Shown here piece by piece: positions 7,271 to 11,990 of a stretch of 11,990 nucleotides of DNA. Each line of letters begins with the position of its first letter. The first letter of the stretch is position 1. The stretch is from the IMG/VR virus record IMGVR_UViG_2718217868_000007, positions 1 to 11,990 of that record; one strand, written 5' to 3'. The translations under genes and the position numbers were made by a program. Source of the DNA: a virus. Lineage: Duplodnaviria > Heunggongvirae > Uroviricota > Caudoviricetes. The notes beneath the pieces are model-generated. The model was not told where the DNA came from. It searched no databases and worked only from the letters and a program-made list of their open reading frames with translations.

Positions 7271-7342
7271 TCTGCAATGCGTCGTGTTGTTGTCCGGTGT
7301 ACGTCACAATTTTCTCAACCTGAAGTGACGAGGAGCCGGAAA

Positions 7343-8077
7343 ATGTCTGACAACACCATCCCTGAATATCTGCAACCCGCACTGGCACAACTGGAAAAGG
7401 CCAGAGCCGCCCACCTTGAGAACGCCCGACTGATGGATGAAACCGTCACGGCCATTGAACGGGCAGAGCAGGAAAAAAATGCGCAGGCGCAGGCCGACGG
7501 AAACGACGCTGACGACTGGCGCACGGCCTTTCGTGCAGCCGGTGGTGTCCTGAGCGACGAGCTGAAACAGCGCCACATTGAGCGCGTGGCACGCCGGGAG
7601 CTGGTACAGGAATATGACAATCTGGCCGTGGTGCTGAATTTCGAACGTGAACGCCTGAAAGGGGCGTGTGACAGCACGGCCACCGCCTACCGGAAGGCAC
7701 ATCATCACCTTCTGAGTCTGTATGCAGAGCATGAGCTGGAACACGCCCTGAATGAAACCTGTGAGGCGCTTGTCCGGGCAATGCATCTGAGTATCCTGGT
7801 ACAGGAAAATCCGCTCGCCAACACCACCGGCCATCAGGGCTACGTCGCACCGGAAAAGGCTGTCATGCAGCAGGTGAAATCATCGCTGGAACAGAAAATT
7901 AAACAGATGCAAATCAGCCTCACCGGCGAGCCGGTTCTCCGGCTGACCGGACTGTCAGCGGCAACACTCCCGCACATGGATTATGAGGTGGCAGGCACAC
8001 CGGCACAGCGCAAGGTGTGGCAGGACAAAATAGACCAGCAGGGAGCAGAGCTTAAGGCCAGAGGACTGCTGTCATGA
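7343..8077 (+). CDS. sid: Sid-like capsid size determination (external scaffold) protein, 244 aa
   Basis: Start taken at the ATG at 7343 with a strong GAGGAG RBS, giving 244 aa as in P4 Sid; the track ORF begins at an upstream ATG (7277) with no RBS. First gene of the operon sid-delta-psu; its stop overlaps the delta start (ATGA at 8074-8077). Assigned by synteny and size, not by motif. Confidence 0.75.
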   Translation: MSDNTIPEYLQPALAQLEKARAAHLENARLMDETVTAIERAEQEKNAQAQADGNDADDWRTAFRAAGGVLSDELKQRHIERVARRELVQEYDNLAVVLNFERERLKGACDSTATAYRKAHHHLLSLYAEHELEHALNETCEALVRAMHLSILVQENPLANTTGHQGYVAPEKAVMQQVKSSLEQKIKQMQISLTGEPVLRLTGLSAATLPHMDYEVAGTPAQRKVWQDKIDQQGAELKARGLLS

Positions 8078-8574
8078 TTTACTGCCCGTCGTGTGGACAT
8101 GTTGCTCACACCCGTCGCGCACATTTCATGGACGATGGCACCAAGATAATGATTGCACAGTGCCGGAATATTTATTGCTCTGCGACATTTGAAGCGAGTG
8201 AAAGCTTTTTCTCTGACAGTAAAGATTCAGGAATGGAATACATTTCAGGCAAACAGAGATACCGCGATTCACTGACGTCGGCCTCCGGCAGTATGAAACG
8301 CCCGAAAAGAATGCTTGTTACCGGATATTGTTGTCGGAGATGTAAAGGCCTTGCGCTGTCAAGAACATCGCGGCGTCTGTCTCAGGAAGTCACCGAACGT
8401 TTTTATGTGTGCACGGAGCCGGGCTGTGGTCTGGTGTTTAAAACGCTTCAGACCATCAACCGCTTCATTGTCCGCCCGGTCACACCGGACGAACTGGCAG
8501 AACGCCTGCATGAAAAACAGGAACCGCCGCCAGTACGGTTAAAAACACAATCATATTCGCTGCGTCTGGAATGA
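8074..8574 (+). CDS. delta: Delta: tandem Ogr-type zinc-finger late-gene transcription activator, 166 aa
   Basis: Two Ogr-like Cys4 modules in one polypeptide: CPSCGH...AQCRNIYCSATF and CCRRCKG...VCTEPGCGLVF. 166 aa as in P4 delta. N-terminus resembles P2 Ogr. Confidence 0.9.
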   Translation: MIYCPSCGHVAHTRRAHFMDDGTKIMIAQCRNIYCSATFEASESFFSDSKDSGMEYISGKQRYRDSLTSASGSMKRPKRMLVTGYCCRRCKGLALSRTSRRLSQEVTERFYVCTEPGCGLVFKTLQTINRFIVRPVTPDELAERLHEKQEPPPVRLKTQSYSLRLE

Positions 8575-8647
8575 GGGCTGCCGGTTAACACCGGCCGTCG
8601 CCGCACACCGTATTTTTATTCTTCAGCATGATGAGAAAGAGATAACG

Positions 8648-9220
8648 ATGGAAAGCACAGCCTTACAGCAGGCCTTTGACACCTGTCAGAATAACAAAGC
8701 AGCATGGCTGCAACGCAAAAATGAGCTGGCTGCGGCCGAACAGGAATATCTGCGGCTTCTGTCCGGGGAAGGCAGAAACGTCAGTCGCCTGGACGAATTA
8801 CGCAATATTATCGAAGTCAGAAAATGGCAGGTGAATCAGGCTGCCGGTCGTTATATTCGTTCGCATGAAGCCGTTCAGCACATCAGCATCCGCGACCGGC
8901 TGAATGATTTTATGCAGCAGCACGGCACAGCACTGGCGGCCGCACTGGCACCGGAGCTGATGGGCTACAGTGAGCTGACGGCCATTGCCCGAAACTGTGC
9001 CATACAGCGTGCCACAGATGCCCTGCGTGAAGCCCTTCTGTCCTGGCTTGCGAAGAGGGAAAAAATTAATTATTCCGCACAGGATAGCGACATTTTAACG
9101 ACCATCGGATTCAGGCCTGACGCGGCTTCGGTGGATGACAGCCGTGAAAAATTCACTCCTGCGCAGAACATGATTTTTTCGCGTAAAAGTGCGCAACTGG
9201 CATCACATCAGTCTGTGTAA
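8648..9220 (+). CDS. psu: Psu-like polarity suppression / capsid decoration protein, 190 aa
   Basis: Third gene of the sid-delta-psu operon, 190 aa as in P4 Psu, followed by a terminator and the cos region. Assigned by synteny and size. Confidence 0.75.
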   Translation: MESTALQQAFDTCQNNKAAWLQRKNELAAAEQEYLRLLSGEGRNVSRLDELRNIIEVRKWQVNQAAGRYIRSHEAVQHISIRDRLNDFMQQHGTALAAALAPELMGYSELTAIARNCAIQRATDALREALLSWLAKREKINYSAQDSDILTTIGFRPDAASVDDSREKFTPAQNMIFSRKSAQLASHQSV

Positions 9221-9250
9221 AACTCCCCGAAAATCCGCCCGTTTTTACTG

Positions 9251-9295
9251 AAAAAAGCCATGCATCGATAAGGTGCATGGCTTTGCATGCGTTTT
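9251..9295 (+). terminator. rho-independent terminator after psu (A-run, 8-bp stem, T-rich tail; possibly bidirectional)
   Basis: A6 (9251-9256), stem GCCATGCA (9257-9264), 9-nt loop, TGCATGGC (9274-9281), then TTTGCATGCGTTTT (9282-9295). Confidence 0.55.
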
Positions 9296-9384
9296 CCTGC
9301 CTCATTTTCTGCAAACCGCGCCATTCCCGGCGCGGCCTGAGCGTGTCAGTGCAACTGCATTAAAACCGCCCCGCAAAGCGGGCG

Positions 9385-9403
9385 GGCGAGGCGGGGAAAG
9401 CAC
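9385..9403. other. cos-like site: P2/P4-type 19-nt cohesive-end sequence
   Basis: Exact 19-mer GGCGAGGCGGGGAAAGCAC, followed by TGCGCGC, which matches the P2/P4 cohesive end as I recall it. Lies between psu and the cargo locus, as expected for a P4-type element. Confidence 0.65.
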
Positions 9404-9838
9404 TGCGCGCCAGCATCAAAGTGTTTAGATAATTTCGCGGCCTGAGGGTGACGACACGTAGTGCAGATTCGTACGAGTGCCTGTTACTGTCGGATACTAT
9501 TCAAGGGCAGCACAACCTATGAAATGACAATGCTAAAGGAGACGAAGAAGCCGCCTTAAGGCGGCATACATCAGTCACTTGTTGGGTGCCGAAGGCGTAA
9601 CTTTTAAATCTGGTCATATAATGTCTTGCAATTTTTTTACATCGTTTATTCGTTGCTATAGTAACCTGTACCAATCCATATACCAGTTTAAAGCCGTCAG
9701 ATAAATTAGGCTATCATGGAGCAGACGGCACGGCGGTACATGAGTAACGTACCTATTTTCTCAACTTGTTTAAGATGCTGTGCAATACTGACGCATGGGA
9801 GCATGCTTCATCATTTTTTTGTATCCGGATATGGAATG

Positions 9839-9866
9839 TTGACAATCAAAATGTTATCAATATCTT
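9839..9866 (+). promoter_or_regulatory. sigma70-like promoter for the Doc/Fic cargo gene (TTGACA, 16-nt spacer, TATCTT)
   Basis: Perfect -35 TTGACA (9839-9844), 16-nt spacer, -10 TATCTT (9861-9866). Gene RBS AAGGA at 9890-9894 and ATG at 9901. Confidence 0.45.
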
Positions 9867-9900
9867 TCATGTGATCTAAAAATCGTAATAAGGATAGTGA

Positions 9901-10629
9901 ATGCGTATTGGAACTGTAGAAGAAATTCACAATTTTTTAAGTGAATACTATATCAACTCCGAAGACCCTATATCCCCACCAGGAGTGAAAGATGTGGGAT
10001 TACTAGAATCAGCGTGTGCAAGACCGTTTGCTTCCGCTGGTGGGCAGGATGCTTTCGGCGATGTATACCACAAAGCAGCAGCACTATTCCATGGAATTAT
10101 TTCCAACCACTGTTTTTATAACGGAAACAAAAGAACCGCATTATTATCAGCCCTTTATTTTTTGAGTGAACATAACCTTTGGTTAGAAAGATGTAATGAT
10201 GAGGAAATGTTTGAATTTACTCGTCAGGTTGCCGCTCATGAAATATGTGAAAAAAGGGATGACGAGATAGATATTATAGCAGATTGGTTTAACAGAAATA
10301 CTCGGCGAATAGTGAAAGGAGAAAAACCCCTTAACTTTTCGAGCCTACGAGAAAGTTTATCTCAATTTGATTTCCAACTAGAAGATGAAGGGCAATATGC
10401 ATTCATCTATAAAAATGGTGAGATCGTTGAGAAAGTGCTAAAAAAAGGGAAGCAAGGAATGCAAGAATATGATCAAGCATATATTGCTGAGCTTCGAAAG
10501 CGCTTAGATTTAACGCCTGAACATGGGGTTGATAGCGCTCGTTTTTATGGGCAGAAAGGTTTAAATGAGGATTTGAATGAATTTATGAAACTTCGTGTAA
10601 AAGTTTTTGATTGGCTAGCCAAGATCTAA
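9901..10629 (+). CDS. Fic/Doc-family protein (Doc-type HxFxNGNKR motif) with ~110-aa uncharacterised C-terminal extension; satellite cargo gene
   Basis: 242 aa. Residues 70-78 HCFYNGNKR (nt 10108-10134) fit the Doc-type HxFx(D/N)(A/G)NKR active-site motif. No Phd-like partner ORF is evident nearby. Markedly AT-rich relative to the P4 backbone. Has its own promoter, RBS and terminator. Confidence 0.85.
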   Translation: MRIGTVEEIHNFLSEYYINSEDPISPPGVKDVGLLESACARPFASAGGQDAFGDVYHKAAALFHGIISNHCFYNGNKRTALLSALYFLSEHNLWLERCNDEEMFEFTRQVAAHEICEKRDDEIDIIADWFNRNTRRIVKGEKPLNFSSLRESLSQFDFQLEDEGQYAFIYKNGEIVEKVLKKGKQGMQEYDQAYIAELRKRLDLTPEHGVDSARFYGQKGLNEDLNEFMKLRVKVFDWLAKI

Positions 10630-10635
10630 AACTTA

Positions 10636-10660
10636 AGAAGCCTGCGTTTCGCAGGCTTCT
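10636..10660. terminator. hairpin terminator between the convergent Doc/Fic gene and int
   Basis: Perfect inverted repeat AGAAGCCTGCG-TTT-CGCAGGCTTCT with AT-rich flanks on both sides, placed between two convergent stop codons (10629 and 10731). Confidence 0.5.
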
Positions 10661-10730
10661 ATTATTAAAATCAGAAAAGCACCACTTTAAATATAACATT
10701 TAACGAAATTGCGTACTATTAATAATAAAT

Positions 10731-11990
10731 TTACACCTGCCTTTTTGCGAAATCGTATGGTGTAATATAATCAACAGTGTTTTTTTCAAGATAATCGGCC
10801 CACCACTGTACCATCAAACGACGTTCATCCAAATGCTCAGATGTATGGATATAAGCTGCACGTACATTATTACGCTCTGAATGGCTCAACTGTCGTTCTA
10901 TCGCGTCATCACTCCATAACCCTGACTCACCGAGCGCTCCACGCGCCATCGTCCTAAATCCATGCCCGCAAACCTCGGTTTTCGTGTCATACCCCATCGC
11001 ACGCAATGCGCTGTTTACCGTGTTTTCACTCATAACTTTAGTTGCGTCATGATCCCCCGGAAAGAGTAGCTCTTTATCACCACTAATCTGTTTTAACTGG
11101 TCTAACAAAATCATCGCCTGCCAACTAAGAGGAACAATATGCTCCTCTTTCATCTTCATGCCACGATACGAGTAACGAACACCTTTAATTTCTTCTCGTT
11201 TTGCAGGTATACGCCAAAGCGATTTATCGAAGTCGAACTCATCCCAACGTGCGAAACGTAACTCACTGGAACGCACAAAAGTTAGTAATGAAAGTTCGAC
11301 CGCGATCCGTGTCATTACACGGCCACGATATGCCGCAAGACGTGCGAGAAACTCAGGAAACCGGCTAGAGGGTAGAGCTGGATAGTGTCGCGCTTTAGTT
11401 GTCGATAAAGCACCGGCCATATCACTGGCTGGATTTGAGTCGATGTAATCGTTCTGTACGGCATAACGCATAATGGCCGTAACGCGCTGCTGAAGACGCT
11501 GCGCCACGTCATGCTTACCACTGGCATCAACTTTTTTAATCGGGGCTAACAAGTGACTGGTTTTGAGCTGGCGAATGTCGGACAAACCGATATGAGGGAA
11601 GATATAAAGCTCAAGGTAGCGAAGAACGCGCGATCGATGATCTTCACTCCAGCGCTTGTTACTAGCATGCCATTCACGAGCAATGGTTTCGAAAGTATAT
11701 GCCCCCGAATTCTCAGCCTTAGCTTCCTTCTGTTCGGCTTTTGGGTCAATGCCCTGCACTAACAGCTTTTTAGCTTCGTCACGCTTTGCTCTTGCCTGAG
11801 CAAGGGTCACAGTGGGCCAAACACCAAAAGCGAGGCGATCCTCTTTTTTGTCAGAGGGACGTCTGTATTTCATGCGCCAGTATTTAGAACCCTTGGCCGA
11901 AACCTCGAGATACAAACCGCCGCCATCGGCCATTTTGTAGGTTTTGTCTTTTGGCTTTGCGGTCTCGACTTGTCTGGCGTTGAGCTTCAT
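10731..11990 (-). CDS. int: P4-type tyrosine integrase, 419 aa
   Basis: N-terminus MKLNARQVETAKPKDKTYKMADGGGLYLEV is characteristic of P4-family integrases. C-terminal catalytic region has H-x-x-R (GHGFRTMARG) and the tyrosine in RAAYIH. The ATG is the last codon of the window, so the promoter and tRNA/att site are off-window. Confidence 0.93.
   Translation of the reverse strand: MKLNARQVETAKPKDKTYKMADGGGLYLEVSAKGSKYWRMKYRRPSDKKEDRLAFGVWPTVTLAQARAKRDEAKKLLVQGIDPKAEQKEAKAENSGAYTFETIAREWHASNKRWSEDHRSRVLRYLELYIFPHIGLSDIRQLKTSHLLAPIKKVDASGKHDVAQRLQQRVTAIMRYAVQNDYIDSNPASDMAGALSTTKARHYPALPSSRFPEFLARLAAYRGRVMTRIAVELSLLTFVRSSELRFARWDEFDFDKSLWRIPAKREEIKGVRYSYRGMKMKEEHIVPLSWQAMILLDQLKQISGDKELLFPGDHDATKVMSENTVNSALRAMGYDTKTEVCGHGFRTMARGALGESGLWSDDAIERQLSHSERNNVRAAYIHTSEHLDERRLMVQWWADYLEKNTVDYITPYDFAKRQV

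Larger units (their letters stand above)
1823..11990. mobile_element. P4-type satellite prophage (integrated; int-proximal end and tRNA target lie beyond the right edge)
   Basis: Gene order and sizes match phage P4: int (419 aa), cargo locus, cos 19-mer, psu (190 aa), delta (166 aa), sid (244 aa), ori-like iterons, vis-like (88 aa), small left-operon genes, alpha (777 aa), crr-like repeats, att-like remnant. Confidence 0.85.

Noticed and set aside
7277-7342. Upstream in-frame ATG giving a 266-aa Sid
   Set aside because: No RBS at 7277 and it would begin before the predicted promoter -10 region. The ATG at 7343 has a GAGGAG RBS and gives 244 aa, the size of P4 Sid.
7304-7850. Minus-strand ORFs antisense to sid (7304-7834, 7315-7683, 7446-7850)
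   Set aside because: Antisense to a well-supported operon gene, with no RBS and low-complexity Arg/Ser/Ala-rich translations typical of GC-rich antisense frames.
9716-9886. 56-codon plus-strand ORF upstream of the Doc-like gene as a possible Phd-type antitoxin
   Set aside because: No RBS, a Cys/hydrophobic-rich composition unlike Phd/YefM antitoxins, and it overlaps the predicted promoter of the Doc-like gene. Left as untested.
11315-11762. Small ORFs inside int (11315-11530, 11546-11749, 11553-11762)
   Set aside because: Nested within the integrase gene in other frames or on the other strand, with no independent support.

Overview
The window is almost entirely a P4-type satellite prophage, read here in reverse orientation, with its integrase-proximal end running off the right edge. 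From right to left: P4-type tyrosine integrase (10731-11990, -), a short AT-rich cargo locus carrying one Fic/Doc-family gene (9901-10629, +), a cos-like 19-mer (9385-9403), the psu-delta-sid operon (7343-9220, +), an iteron cluster resembling ori between two divergent TGT-N12-ACA late-promoter dyads, an 88-aa AlpA/Vis-like regulator, an untranslated leader, four small left-operon genes, the 777-aa alpha primase-helicase (2404-4737, -), and a crr-like pair of ~120-bp direct repeats. A degenerate tRNA 3'-end-like sequence at 1823-1860 probably marks the distal attachment site. Left of it lie a NanS-like sialate O-acetylesterase (1-981) and two doubtful small ORFs. The main candidate for something new is the solitary Doc/Fic-domain protein with an uncharacterised C-terminal extension, sitting in the cos-to-int position where P4-like satellites carry variable anti-phage cargo. 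All family assignments come from motifs, sizes and gene order read by eye; no database search was possible.
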